A stretch of 39,264 nucleotides of DNA from Chiloscyllium plagiosum (lineage: Eukaryota). The notes beneath the pieces were generated by a model, which saw only the letters and a list, made by a program, of their open reading frames with translations, was not told where the DNA came from and did no database searches. This document shows, piece after piece, positions 1-11,790 of the stretch (positions are counted from its first letter, which is position 1; every line of letters begins with the position of its first letter). The translations under genes were made by a program, and so were the position numbers. The stretch lies in contig NC_057753.1 of NCBI RefSeq assembly GCF_004010195.1, forward strand, positions 11,108,268 through 11,147,531. The letters run 5' to 3'.

Positions 1-2750
1 AACACTCCCTAGGACCTTACCATTAAGTGTATAAGTCCTGCTAAGATTTGCTTTCCCAAAATGCAGCACCTCACATTTACCTGAATTAAATTCCATCCAC
101 AACTTCTCAGCCCATTAGCCCATCTGGTCAAGATCCTCTCCGCTGTCCACTACACCTCCAATTTTGGTGTCATCTGCAACTTACTAACTGTACCTCTTAT
201 GCTTGCATCCAAATCATTTATGTAAATGACAAAAAGTAGAAGACGCAGCACCAATCCTTGTGGCATTCCACTGGTCACAAGCCTCCAGTCTGAAAAACAA
301 CCCTCCACCACCACCCTCGGTCTTCTATCTTTGAGCCAGTTCTGTATCCAAATGCCTAATTCTCCCTGTATTCCGTGAGATCTAACCTTGTTAATCAGTC
401 TGCCCTGGGGAACCTTGTTGAACGCCTTACTGAAGTCCATATAGATTACATCTACCACTCTGCCCTCATCAATCCTCTTTGTTACTTCCTCAAAAAACTC
501 AAGTTTGTCAGACATGATTTCCCACGCACAAAGCCATGTTGACTATCCCTAATCAGTCCTTGTCTTTCCAAATACATGTACATCCTGCCCCTCAGGATTC
601 CCTCCAACCACTTGCCCACCACCGACATCAGGCTCACTGGTGTATAGTTCCCTGGTTTGTCTTTACCACCCTTCTTAAACAGTGGCACCATGTTATCCAA
701 CCTCCAGTCTTCCGGCACCTCACCTGTGACTATCAATGATACAAGTATCTCAGCAAGAGGCCCAGCAATCACTTCTCTAGCTTCCCATAGAGTTCTGGGG
801 TACACGTCTACAGGTCCTGAGGATTTATCCACCTTTACCCGTTTCAAGACATCCAGCACTTCCTCCTCTTTAATATGGACATTTTGCAAGATGTCACCAT
901 CTATTTCCCTATAGTATATCTTCCATATCCTTTTCCACAGTAAATACTGATGCAAAATACTCATTTAGTATCTCCCCCACTTTCTGCGGCTCCACACAAT
1001 GGCCGCCTTGCTGATCTTCGAGGTGCCCTATTCTCTCCCTAGTTACTCTTTTGTCCTTAATGTATTTGTAAAAACTCTTTGGATTCTCTTTAATTGTATT
1101 TGGCAAAGCTAGCTCATGTCCCCTTTTTGCCCCCATGATTTCCCTTTTACGTATACTCCTACTTCCTTTATACTCTTCTAACAATTCAATCGATCTATCC
1201 TGTCTATACCTTACATATGCTTCATTCTTTTTCTTAACCAAACCCTCAATTTCTTCAGTCATCCAGCATTCCCTATACTTACCAGCCTTTCCTTTCATCC
1301 TAACAGGAATATACTTTGTCTGGATTCTCGTTATCTGATTTCTGAAGTCTTCCCATTTTCCAGCCGTCCCTTTACCTGCGAAAATCTGCCCCCAATCAGC
1401 TTTCAAACGTTCTTGCCTAATACCATCAAAATTGGCCTTTCTCCAATTCAGAACTTCAACTTTTAGATCTGGTCTATCCTTTTCGGTCACGATTTTAAAT
1501 CTAATAGAATTATGGTCGCTGGCCCCAAAGTGCTCCCCCACTTGACACCTCGGTCACCTGGCCTGCCTTACTTCCCAAGAGTAAGTCAAGTTTTGCCCCT
1601 TCTCTAGCAGGAATCCACATACTGAATCAGAAAATTGTCTTGTACACACTTAACAAATTCCTCTCCATCTAAACCCTGAACACTATGTCAGTCCCAGTCT
1701 AAGTTAAAACCCCTTACCATAAGCACCTTATTATTCTTACATATAGCTGAGATCTCCTTACATGTTTGTTTCTCAATTTCCCTCTGACTATTAAGGGGTC
1801 TATAATACAAGCCCAATAAGGTTATCATCCCTTTTTTATTTTGCAGTTCCACCCAAATAACTTCCCTGTATTTCCGGGAATATCTTTCCTCAGCATAGCT
1901 GTAATGCTATCCCTTATCAAAAATGTCACCCCCACTCCTCTCTNNNNNNNNNNNNNNNNNNNNNNNNNNNNNNNNNNNNNNNNNNNNNNNNNNNNNNNNN
2001 NNNNNNNNNNNNNNNNNNNNNNNNNNNNNNNNNNNNNNNNNNNNNNNNNNNNNNNNNNNNNNNNNNNNNNNNNNNNNNNNNNNNNNNNNNNNNNNNNNNN
2101 NNNNNNNNNNNNNNNNNNNNNNNNNNNNNNNNNNNNNNNNNNNNNNNNNNNNNNNNNNNNNNNNNNNNNNNNNNNNNNNNNNNNNNNNNNNNNNNNNNNN
2201 NNNNNNNNNNNNNNTCTTGCTGGCCCCTCTCCCCCGTGAGAACATTCTACACCCTCTCTGAGACATCCTTGATCCTGGCACCAGGGAAGCAACACACCAT
2301 TCTGCTTTTTCGCTGCTGGCCACGGAAACGTCTGTCTGTACCTTGAACTAGAGAATCCTCTAACACAATTGATCTCTTGGAACCCGACGTACCGCTCATT
2401 GCATTAGAGCCAGTCTCCATACCAGAAACTTGGTTGTTTGTGCTACGTTCCCCTGAGAATCCATCACCCCCTACATTTTCCAAAACAGCATACCTGTTTG
2501 AAATGGGTATATCCACAAAAGACTCCTGCACTAGCTGCCTAACCCACCTATGTGACTGTAACTGAGACCTCCCCCCTTCCAATAACTGCCATCCATCACA
2601 TACTGTTGCAAACTCCTCATTGCTTCACACTCTCTCTCCAACTGATCCATTCGATCTGATAAAATTTGCAGCCAGCTGCATATTTATGGCAGATATAATC
2701 CACAGTAACCTTTAAACTCTCGTTAAACTCCCACATCTGACAAGAAGTGA
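1..2750 (-). mobile_element. CR1 LINE, long degenerate copy (ORF1 zinc-knuckle + SGNH esterase, ORF2 endonuclease/RT), running off the left edge
   Basis: Colinear minus-strand ORF pieces: 'SCQMWEF..DYICHK' (ORF1 N-terminus), 'SIVLEDSLVQGTD...CFPGARIKDV' (esterase), 'SDHNSI' (APE), 'PGNYTPVSL..QHGF', 'YMDFSKAF..SGMPQG..IYINDL' (RT). Split by frameshifts and the gap 1944-2214. Confidence 0.93.
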
Positions 2751-2958
2751 GCATGTGTGGGGTGGGCTGCTGGAGGAGGTGGTGGATGCTGGTGCAGTTG
2801 CAGCGTTTGGGGGGCAACTGGATGGGAATGTGAATGGGAGGAGTTTGGAGGGATCTGGGCCGGTTGCTGGCAAATGGGACTGGATTGGGTTGGCATGTCT
2901 GGTCAGCAAGTTGGACTGGGGGGTCTGTTTCTGTGCTGGATATCTCTATGATTCTATG
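2751..2958 (+). mobile_element. CR1 3' end fragment with tail
   Basis: 'gaggaggtggtggatgctggt...' matches the other CR1 3' ends in the window and ends in tctctatgattctatg. Confidence 0.8.
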
Positions 2959-3289
2959 GTAGGACATTGACATGGTATTTTAATTTACTGTTTTCTTTCT
3001 GCACCGATGCTGATAAGTATTTACAGAATTTTTGTTTTTAGTTCCACATAAGTTCTCTACTTTTAAATTCTGAATAAGTGAAAATACTTGTGTGACCTAT
3101 GTTTAAATTTGTTAACCTGTTTCACGTCATCTCTTTGCTCTTCTATCCCATTCAGTTTCTTTCTTCCCATGCCATGAAACTGCTTCACATCAATTTACCT
3201 CAAGTTTGTTTTAATTGTTTAATTGGCACCTTTTCTCATTTCTTTCCCTATTATGTTGCACCTTTTGATAGACATAGCACCCCCTCCCC

Positions 3290-3385
3290 TTCTCAAAGCC
3301 CTGACCCTCTGAAGATTCACTGGACCTGAAATCTTAACTCTGCTTTCTCTCCACAGTTTCTTCAGCAATTCTGCTTTTGTTTAAC
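3290..3385 (+). mobile_element. Degenerate Penelope-type terminal sequence with decayed hammerhead core
   Basis: ctgaaga...gaaa followed by 'ttaactctgctttctctccacag'; stem II no longer pairs well. Confidence 0.4.
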
Positions 3386-3560
3386 TATCAACCTTTTTAA
3401 CTTCCAACTTTGATTATCTGGATTTGAACTGGATAAGTGGGCACCAGCCTAAACTGTGAATTGATTATGACAAACACTGGAAGTGGGTCTATAAGAGGAA
3501 TGCCATTGCAAGACCACAATCTCAAATGAGAGAATGATAGAGAATTTCTTCCTGATTTAG

Positions 3561-3703
3561 GTTGTGGATCTATGCTTAATGAATGCGGTGAAGTTGAGGT
3601 TAATGCCATTATCATGGATGGGAAAAGCCTTGACATGGGAGCATTTGCTGCTGTTAGAAACATAGCCAATCGAACCAAGCTTGCTCAACTGGTTATGGAA
3701 AAG
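3561..3703 (+). CDS. ASRGL1: Single internal exon of an isoaspartyl peptidase/L-asparaginase (ASRGL1-like); possibly a pseudogenic orphan exon
   Basis: Acceptor tttcttcctgatttAG at 3560 and donor AAG|GTagtt at 3704 bound a 143-bp exon. It reads (G)CGSMLNECGEVEVNAIIMDGKSLDMGAFAAVRNIANRTKLAQLVMEK, which aligns by eye without gaps to the recalled ASRGL1 segment [48 protein letters not shown]. Confidence 0.85.
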
Positions 3704-3974
3704 GTAGTTTACTCCTACAGTAGTTATTACACACCTTTCCAACCGAGAACACAGGGCTGGCAATGCTTATTACCTCGTTGTAGGAGAAAATAATTATCTC
3801 TGACAATATGTGCACTTTAGCTGTTGTATAAAACATGGCTCTGTAGACTGTGGTGAGACATCATACTGAGCTCTCCTCATACTTCCAACCACACTGGAGT
3901 TCAATCTTAAACTGTAGGCTTGGCTTTATTTGATTACATTGTAACAGTAACAACATTTCAACAGTATTTCAATG

Positions 3975-4250
3975 ACATTGGTTAGGCCACTATTGGAATA
4001 TTGCGTGCAATTCTGGTCTCCTTCCTATCGGAAAGATGTTGTGAAACTTGAAAGGGTTCAGAAAATATTTACAAGGATGTTGTCAGGGTTGGAGGATTTG
4101 AGCAGAACAGGCTGGGGCTATGTCGGAGACTGAGGGGTGACCTTATAGAGGTTTACAAAATTATGAGGGGCATGGATAGGGTAAATAGACAAAGTCTTTT
4201 CCTGGGGTCGGGGAGTGCAGAACTAGAGGGCATAGGTTTAGAGTGAGAGG
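3975..4250 (+). mobile_element. CR1 ORF2 C-terminal fragment
   Basis: Encodes 'LVRPLLEYCVQFWSP..KDVVKLERVQK'; ends at the gap. Confidence 0.88.
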
Positions 4251-4847
4251 NNNNNNNNNNNNNNNNNNNNNNNNNNNNNNNNNNNNNNNNNNNNNNNNNN
4301 NNNNNNNNNNNNNNNNNNNNNNNNNNNNNNNNNNNNNNNNNNNNNNNNNNNNNNNNNNNNNNNNNNNNNNNNNNNNNNNNNNNNNNNNNNNNNNNNNNNN
4401 NNNNNNNNNNNNNNNNNNNNNNNNNNNNNNNNNNNNNNNNNNNNNNNNNNNNNNNNNNNNNNNNNNNNNNNNNNNNNNNNNNNNNNNNNNNNNNNNNNNN
4501 NNNNNNNNNNNNNNNNNNNNNNNNNNNNNNNNNNNNNNNNNNNNNNNNNNNNNNNNNNNNNNNNNNNNNNNNNNNNNNNNNNNNNNNNNNNNNNNNNNNN
4601 NNNNNNNNNNNNNNNNNNNNNNNNNNNNNNNNNNNNNNNNNNNNNNNNNNNNNNNNNNNNNNNNNNNNNNNNNNNNNNNNNNNNNNNNNNNNNNNNNNNN
4701 NNNNNNNNNNNNNNNNNNNNNNNNNNNNNNNNNNNNNNNNNNNNNNNNNNNNNNNNNNNNNNNNNNNNNNNNNNNNNNNNNNNNNNNNNNNNNNNNNNNN
4801 NNNNNNNNNNNNNNNNNNNNNNNNNNNNNNNNNNNNNNNNNNNNNNN

Positions 4848-5290
4848 GTCATTTACAAAATACCGTGCAAAGACTTTAACAAACACTACATTGGACAAAC
4901 AGGCAGAAAACTAGCCACCAGGATACATGAACACCAACTAGCCACAAAAAGACATGACCCTCTCTCACTCGTATCCTCACATACGGATGAGGAAGGGCAC
5001 CACTTCAACCAGGGCAACATATCCATCCACGATAAGCCAAACAACGACACGCATGAGAATTACTGGAAGCATAGTATTCCAACCGGAACTCTATCAACAA
5101 ACACATCCAGTCAGACCCCATCTACCACCCCTGAGAAAAGGATCAGGAAATGACATCACCAACCCAAAGAAACCCAAACATATAATTTTCAGCAGTGTTT
5201 CACCTAAGGCCCACTGAAGATGTTACCTAGTAGGGTAACGAAACGTCTGGAAACGAACCTTAAGCTCAGCGAGCAAACCTACATCCAAAG
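4848..5290 (+). mobile_element. Penelope-like retroelement 3' part (GIY-YIG endonuclease + terminal repeat)
   Basis: The frame from 4848 reads VIYKIPCKDFNKHYIGQTGRKLATRIHEHQLATKRHDPLSLVS (GIY-YIG motif), followed by a hammerhead-bearing tail. Confidence 0.9.
5211..5250 (+). ncRNA. Minimal type I hammerhead ribozyme (Penelope-associated)
   Basis: cca-CTGAAGA-t-GTTACC-tagtag-GGTAAC-GAAA-cGTC-tgg: catalytic boxes, 6-bp stem II, stem I cca/tgg, GUC cleavage triplet ending at 5247. Confidence 0.8.
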
Positions 5291-5620
5291 TATTTTTTTC
5301 CCTGGGGTGGGGGGAGTCCAGAACAAGAGGACAGAGGTTTAGGGTGAGAGGGGAAAAGTATGAAAGAGACCTATGGGGCAGGTTTTTCACACAGAGGGTA
5401 GTATGTGTATGGAATGAGCTACCAGTGGAATTGGTGGAGGCTGGTACAATTGCAACATTTAAAAGGCATTTGGATGGGTGTATGAATAGGAAGGCTTTGG
5501 AGGGATATGGGCCAGGTGCTGGCAGGTGGGACTAATTTGGGTTGGGATATCTGGTTGGCACGGATGGGTCGGACCGAAGGATGTGTTTCCATGCTGTACA
5601 TCTCTATGATTCTGTGACTC
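5291..5620 (+). mobile_element. CR1 3' end with tail
   Basis: 'FFTQRVVCVWNELP..FKRHLD' followed by tctctatgattctgtgactc. Confidence 0.9.
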
Positions 5621-7310
5621 TAAGGCCTTCTATAGGTATATCAGGAATAAAAGAATGACTAGAGTAAGATTAGGGCCAATCAGGGATAGTAGTGGAAAGT
5701 TGTGTGTGGAATCTGAGGACATAGAGAAAGCGCTTAGTGAATACTTTTCATCAGTATTCACAGTGCCTTTTTCCAAAGTTAGTGAGAATAAAGAAATACA
5801 GTCTACAAGATTAGATGGGATCGAGGTTGACAAAGAGGAGGATTTAGCAATTTTGGAACATCTGAAAATAGATAGAACACCTGGGCCAGATGGGACCTAT
5901 CTTTGGATTCTCTGGGATGCCAGGGAGGGGATTGCAGAGCCTTTGGCTTCGATCTTTATGTCATCATTGTTGACAGTAGTGCCAGAAGACTGGAGGATAG
6001 CAAGTGTTGTTCCCTTGTTTAAGAAGTGGAGTCAGGACAACCCGGGTAATTATAGGCCAGTGAGCCTTACTTCAGTTGTGGGTAAAGTGTTGGAAAAGGT
6101 TATAAGAGATAGGATTTATAATCATCTGGAAAGGAATAATTTGATTAGGGATAGTCAACACTGTTTGTGAAGGGTAGGTCACGCCTCACTAACCTTACTG
6201 AGTTCTTCAAGAAGGTGACAAAACAGGTGGATGAAGGTAAAGCTGTTGATGTGGTGTGTAAGGACTTTGTAAGGCATTTAATAAGGTTCCACACGGTAGG
6301 CCTTTGCACAAAATACGGAGTTTCAGGATTGAACATGATTTAACGGCTTGGATCAGAAATTGGATCAGAAGACAGAGGGTGTTGGTTGCTGGGAAATGTT
6401 CATCCTGGAGCTCAGTTACCAGTGGTGTGCCGCAAGGATCTGTTTTGGGGCCACTGCTGTTTGTCATTTTTATAATGAATCTGGATGTGGGTGTAGAAGG
6501 ATGGGTTAGTTATATTGCGGATGACATTAAGGTAGGCAGAGTTTGGATAGTGCCAAAGGATGTTGTGGGTTACAGAGGGACATAGATAAGATGCAGAGCT
6601 GGGCTGAGAAGTGGCAAATGGAACTTAATGGAGAAAAGTGTGAGGCAGTTCACCTTGGAAGAAGTAACAGGAATGCAGAGTACTGGGCTCATGGTAAAAC
6701 TCTTGGTAGCGTAGATGAACACAGAGATCTCAGTCTCTGAAAGTTGTCACCCAGGTTGGTAGGGTTGAGTTTTGGAGCCACGAGGTCATGCTTCAGCTGT
6801 ACAAGACACTGGTAAGGCCACACCTGGAGTATTGCATTCAGTTCTGGTCACCGCATTACAGGAAGGATGTGAAAGCTTTGGAATGAGTTCAGAGGAGATT
6901 TACCAGGATGTTGCCTGGTATGGAGGGAAGGTCTTACGAGGAAAGGCTGAGGGAGCTGAAGCTGTTTTCATTGGAGAGAAGGAGGTTAAAAGGTGACTTA
7001 ATTGAGACTTACAGAGTTAGATAGGGTGGACTTTTTCCTCGGATGGTGAAGGCTTACACAAGGGGACATAGCTTTAAATTGAGGGGTGATAATTGAGGAC
7101 AGATGTTAGGGGTAGTTTCTTCACTCAGTAATAGGGGCGTGGTACAGCCTACCTGCAACAGTAGTAAACCTGCCAATGTTAAGAGCATTGGATGTACATA
7201 TGGATAATAATGGAACACTGCAAATTAGATGGACATAAGATTATTTTTACAGATCGGCTCAACATCGAGGGCCGAAGGGTCTGTACTGCGCTGTAACGTT
7301 CCATGATCTA
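5621..7310 (+). mobile_element. CR1 ORF2 (RT to 3' end), second subfamily, 5'-truncated
   Basis: 'PGNYRPVSLTSVVGK', '[14 protein letters not shown]', 'IADD'; frameshifted; decayed tail near 7300. Confidence 0.9.
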
Positions 7311-8406
7311 TTTGTTAAGGTTCCCCATGGTTGGGCTCATTCAGAAATTATGGAGGAATGGGATACAGGGAAATTTAGCAGTCTGGATAGAGAATTGGCT
7401 GGCCAAAAGTCACTGACTGGTAGTGGATGAAAAGTTTTCTGCCTGGAGGTTGGTGACCAATGCTGGCCGGCAGGCATCTGTTCTTGGGCCTCTGCTCTTT
7501 ATCATTCTTGGATGAAGAAGTGGAGGGGTGGAGCGGTCAATAAGTTTGTCGATGACACAAAGGTTGGCAGTGTTGTGGATAGTACTGAGGGCTGTTGCAG
7601 GTGACAACATGATATTGACAGAATGCAGAGCTGGGCTGAGAAGTGGCAGATGGAGTTCAACCTGGACAAATGCCAAGTGATTAATTTTGGAACATTGAAT
7701 TTGAATGCTGAATACAGGGTTAAAGACAGTGTAGAGGAACAGCTGGATCTTAACGTTCTTGCACATCAATCCGTCAAAGTTGCCACCCAAGTTGATAGGG
7801 TTGTTAAGAAGACATATGATGTTTTGGCTTTCATTAAAAGAGGACTGAGTTTAAGAGCTGTGGAGTTTTGCTGCAACTCTACAAAACCCTGGTTAGACCA
7901 TACTTGGAATACTGCATCCAGTTCTCGTCGCCTTGTTATAGAAAGAATGTAAATGCTTTAGCAAGAGGAGGTTTACCAGGATGCTGCCTGGATTGAAGGG
8001 CTTGTCTTAGAGGTTGAATGAGCTCAGGCTCACTGGAGAGAAGAAGAAAGAGAGGTGATTTGACAGACGTGTATAAAGGTAAAGAGAAGCATAAATAGAG
8101 TAGATAGTAAAAGACTTTTTCCCAGGGCAGAAATGTCATGAGGGGTCATAATTTTAAAATAATTGGAGGAAAATATGGGGAGATGTCAGAGGTAGGTTCT
8201 TTATGCAGAGAGTTGCAGGCGCGTGGAACGCACTGCCAGTAGTAGTAATAGGGTCAAAGACATTAGGGATATTTAAGGATGTTGGATAAGCACATGGATG
8301 GCAGTAAATTGAGGGGTGTGTAGGTCAGGTTGATCTTAGATTAAGATAAATGCTCAGCACATCACAGGCCAATGCGTCTGTATTGTGCTGTACTGTTCTA
8401 TGTTCG
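7311..8406 (+). mobile_element. CR1 RT/3' fragment
   Basis: 'WAEKWQMEFNLDKC'; ends in tgtactgttctatgttc. Confidence 0.85.
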
Positions 8407-8544
8407 AAGACTGAGTGACCCATCACACTTCTGATCCACCTTCCAATTTCAACTTCCCCATAATTTTGAGCACATCCAACACTCTGTTGCCCATGTGCTG
8501 ACTCACACTAATTCTTGTTCATCTCACCCTGATGTAAAAAAAGT

Positions 8545-8700
8545 ACCAGTTCCCCTCCCATTTATCTCTCCATCCCCAAGGCTCTCAGCCTCATCCCTGA
8601 TGTATTCTTCCTTAGATACTGCCTGACCTGCTGTGCTTTTCCAGCACCACACTCTTGACTCTAATCTCCAGCATCTGCAATACTCACTTTCGCCTAAAAA
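8545..8700 (+). mobile_element. Penelope-type terminal repeat fragment with hammerhead core mostly deleted
   Basis: 'ctgcctgacctgctgtgcttttccagcacc...ctccagcatctgca' is shared with 12501-12640 (-) and 18587-18696; only ctgatg of the core remains. Confidence 0.7.
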
Positions 8701-9019
8701 ACCTACTAGTTGAGAAACTTTCTAATACTTGTTTTCAAGTCCCTCCATGATAGTGATCATTCCCATCTATGTAATCTCTGCTGGCCACACAATCCATCAT
8801 ACTCACCCAATTCTTGACACTCAAGCATGCTCAATACATCTCCACCAATCTCTGATGTTCTTTCAGTTTCCTGGACCTCAGAATGTGCACATCCGACCCT
8901 GGCTCTCTTCAACCCTTTCTCACTTTCCTCTTCAAAGCTTAAATTGTCCTTTCCCTAATACCTCATGATGTGAGTCAGCATCAAACACTGTTTTGTAAGA
9001 TTTTAATGAACTGCCATGC

Positions 9020-9660
9020 AAAGTACATTAAACTGGAAATTATAGACATAAGCAATAAAGTTACACCTGTTATTGTGGCTAACTTCAATCTGAATATAGA
9101 TTGGAAAAATCAAATCAGTAACAATACCGTAGAGGAGGAATTTGTGGAACGTATAGGAGATGGTTTTTTGGGGTCATTCAGGTCACAGGTCATACAGGCC
9201 TTCCTAGACTGTATTCTATCCATTGGCAGGGTGGGATAGCTCAGTTGGCTGGACTGTGTTGCAGAGAGTTGCAAAATTCACATGCTTATTTCCTGTACTT
9301 GCTGAAGTCACAATGAAGATGCTACATTCTCAACCTTGCCACTTGCCTGAGGGATGGTGACCTTCGGTTTAAAGCACCAGTCGTCAGCTCTCTTTAGTGA
9401 GAGAGGAACCATATTGTTCTGTTGGACAATGGCAATTTAATTCCAAAATTTCAATTCCTTCATTAGAAGGGAATAATTGGCAATGTAGCTGTGAGAGGCC
9501 CCTTGTGGAGAAGTGAAGAACTGAGTGAGAAAATTTTCCATTAAGATGGAGAGTAACAGAGTTGATTTGGAAACTGGGGACTTAAATCTAAAGTGATGAA
9601 ATTACAACAGCAGAGGCACAAACAGGGCACAACAAATTAGGGAACACTATTGAAAAAATG
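9020..9660 (+). mobile_element. Old CR1 endonuclease-domain fragment interrupted by a SINE
   Basis: 'VIVANFNLNIDW..EEEFVERIGDGFL' resembles the CR1 'VIMGDFN..IDW' region. Confidence 0.6.
9225..9450 (+). mobile_element. tRNA-derived SINE (degenerate)
   Basis: A-box-like TAGCTCAGTTGG at 9237-9248, ~200-bp body and AT-rich end; interrupts a CR1 fragment. Confidence 0.6.
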
Positions 9661-10149
9661 ACAAACATTTAAATACCCCCAAATATCCTCCAGGGGCTAT
9701 GTGGCTCCCCCTGCCTCCCCGAGGATGCTTGGAGGTGGTTTGCGATGTTGCTTAGACCAGTTTGGTGTTTGGTTCTCAGAGAAAGGGAGGTGGATGTTGG
9801 TTGTTGCCTCGCATTGGGACTCCTGCCAGATCTGTCATGGTCCAGTGGTGGGGTGATAGTGCTTGCTGCTGTTGGTGCTGCTTGCAGAACAGGTGGTGGG
9901 TGAAGATGGCAGAGTGTCAGCATCTGGTGGTGGGGCAGCAGTTCTGGGCTCAGACAATTGGGCAGAATTCTTGACTTTTATTGGCTTCGCAGGGGCAGGG
10001 TGCTGGAGGTCTGAGATGTGGGGCAGAGCATGGGAGCTGCATCTATGGGGCAGGGGATCATACTGATGCATTTTTGGGGATCGAGGAAGTCGGATGTGGG
10101 ACATGCGGGCAGAGGCAGTGGGGGAGGAGCAGGTATCGGGGTAGGGGAT

Positions 10150-10310
10150 AGAGAGAAATGCCAGAGGAAGTGGTGGAGGCTGCTACAATTACACATTTAA
10201 AAGGCATCTGGATGGGTATACGAACACGAAGGGCTTAGAGGGAGTGCTGGCAAAGGTTAGGATATCTGGTCGGCATGAACTGAAGCGTGCTGTACATCTC
10301 TATGACTCGA
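10150..10310 (+). mobile_element. CR1 3' end fragment
   Basis: 'gccagaggaagtggtggaggctg...tgtacatctctatgactc'. Confidence 0.8.
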
Positions 10311-11299
10311 TAATTGCAATTACTTTTCCTTCCTGTCTGAAAAAATAAAACACAAAAGGCAGCCCAGCCATGGCTAACAAAGGATATTATGGATTGTACT
10401 GAATCCAAAGAAGTGGCGTACAAATTCACAAAAACTAAAGCATATCTGAAGACTGGGAGCAGTTCAGGTTTCCACTAAAAGATAGTCTAAAATGGTAAAA
10501 TGGGATATATAAGATAAAAAATAAGGATTAGTGAAAACAATTACAATTAGAAACAGGCAAAGTTCAAATGTGGAACTAAAAGATGGCAGAACAACTAACC
10601 ACATATTTTGCTTCTATCATCACAAAGGGGGACACAAGTAACATCCCCAAAATGTGGGGAACACATGGTCCATTGAGAGCAGAACTGAAGGAAATGTGTA
10701 GTGATGGGGAAATTGATGGGGTTAAAGGTTTACAAATCCCCAGTACCTGGTAATCCAAACCCCAGACTATGGCCTGAGATAAGCCATGCAATTGTCAAAT
10801 CTCAAACTTGTGACATCCTATAACAGAAATGTACAAAAGACATAACGGGGAGTACCAGGTTAAAAACTCAGTAGACATTTCTACTTTCTATGGAACGTTT
10901 TTCCTATCTACGAACTGAAAAGTATTAAATTTGAATCCCTCCTCCCGCAATGAAATTCAAATCCATCTTCATCATGTCTTTCCTCCACTCCCGGTGTTCT
11001 CCCCTTTTTTCCTGTCTACAAAGTGAGAATAACACCAACCCCTCGATGAGTTGCTCTCCTGGTCACTGCGATCTTGAAACCACCCATTTCCTGGTCCAGC
11101 GCCCACACATTATCAGATTGTCACAGTCACTTCAAAAATCACAGCCTGCCTTCGTATTTTTCTGGTTCTCTCCCTTTTTCCTGTTTTAAGGACTCACAGA
11201 CCAAGCTCAGGGCCAGGTCTCTCGGGAGTGAAATGTGGAAATTCTAGTTGACACACAGGCTGCCGCGAGGATGGAATTCTCTCCCAGAAACGACAGGGG

Positions 11300-11790
11300 A
11301 TGGTGCCTTCACCAAGATGGCCGTCCGCGCTCACCGCCCCAAGACAACATGCGCCTTACCCTCACCAAGATGGCGGCCAGTTGTCCCGGCAACCCGAGAG
11401 GTCCTTCCCCATTGAAATAAACATTGGGCCCCTGTGGGGGTTGTATTCGAGGCCTCAAGCCTTCCCCCTCGGAGTTTATAAACTCCCCAGTCTCCCTCCT
11501 CCCGCGGTTTCCAATCCCACCCTGGCGGCGGGAGCAGGATCTTGGCGCTGGGGCCTGGCGACCTCCCCGGGATGTTTGTTCTTGCCCCTCAAGCCTGCGG
11601 CATCATTCCTCTCCCGCACTCAACAAACACTGCCTTTGTCCCGCCGCAGGACCGATACTGCACATGCGCTAATCCGCAAGGGGCGGGGCCCCTGCGTGAC
11701 GTCACCAAGGGAGGCGGCGCGGTTGCAGGAGACGTCCGACCAATCGGAGGCAAGGGGGCGGGGCTATCGCTCCCCCCGCCAACTCCCGCA
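11300..11790. promoter_or_regulatory. CpG-rich Pol II promoter-like island 1, copy A
   Basis: YY1-type CAAGATGGCGGCC 11366-11378 (second partial site 11313-11322), NRF1-like TGCACATGCGC 11659-11669, GC boxes 11680-11689 and 11755-11763, CRE TGACGTCA 11697-11704, CCAAT 11740-11744. CpGs are retained in a CpG-poor background. Confidence 0.72.

Noticed and set aside
3305..3335. Third hammerhead candidate (ctgaaga...gaaa)
   Set aside because: Stem II and the cleavage-site region are degraded; not called as a ribozyme.
9670..10150. GC-rich stretch with Pro/Ser/Thr-rich minus-strand ORFs, possibly a retroelement ORF1 remnant
   Set aside because: No diagnostic motif visible; cannot be assigned without a repeat library search.
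10950..11189. 79-aa ORF repeated at 30626-30865, and similar paired ORFs at 15133/33797 and 15901/34566
   Set aside because: No recognisable domain; identity reflects DNA-level duplication, not coding constraint.
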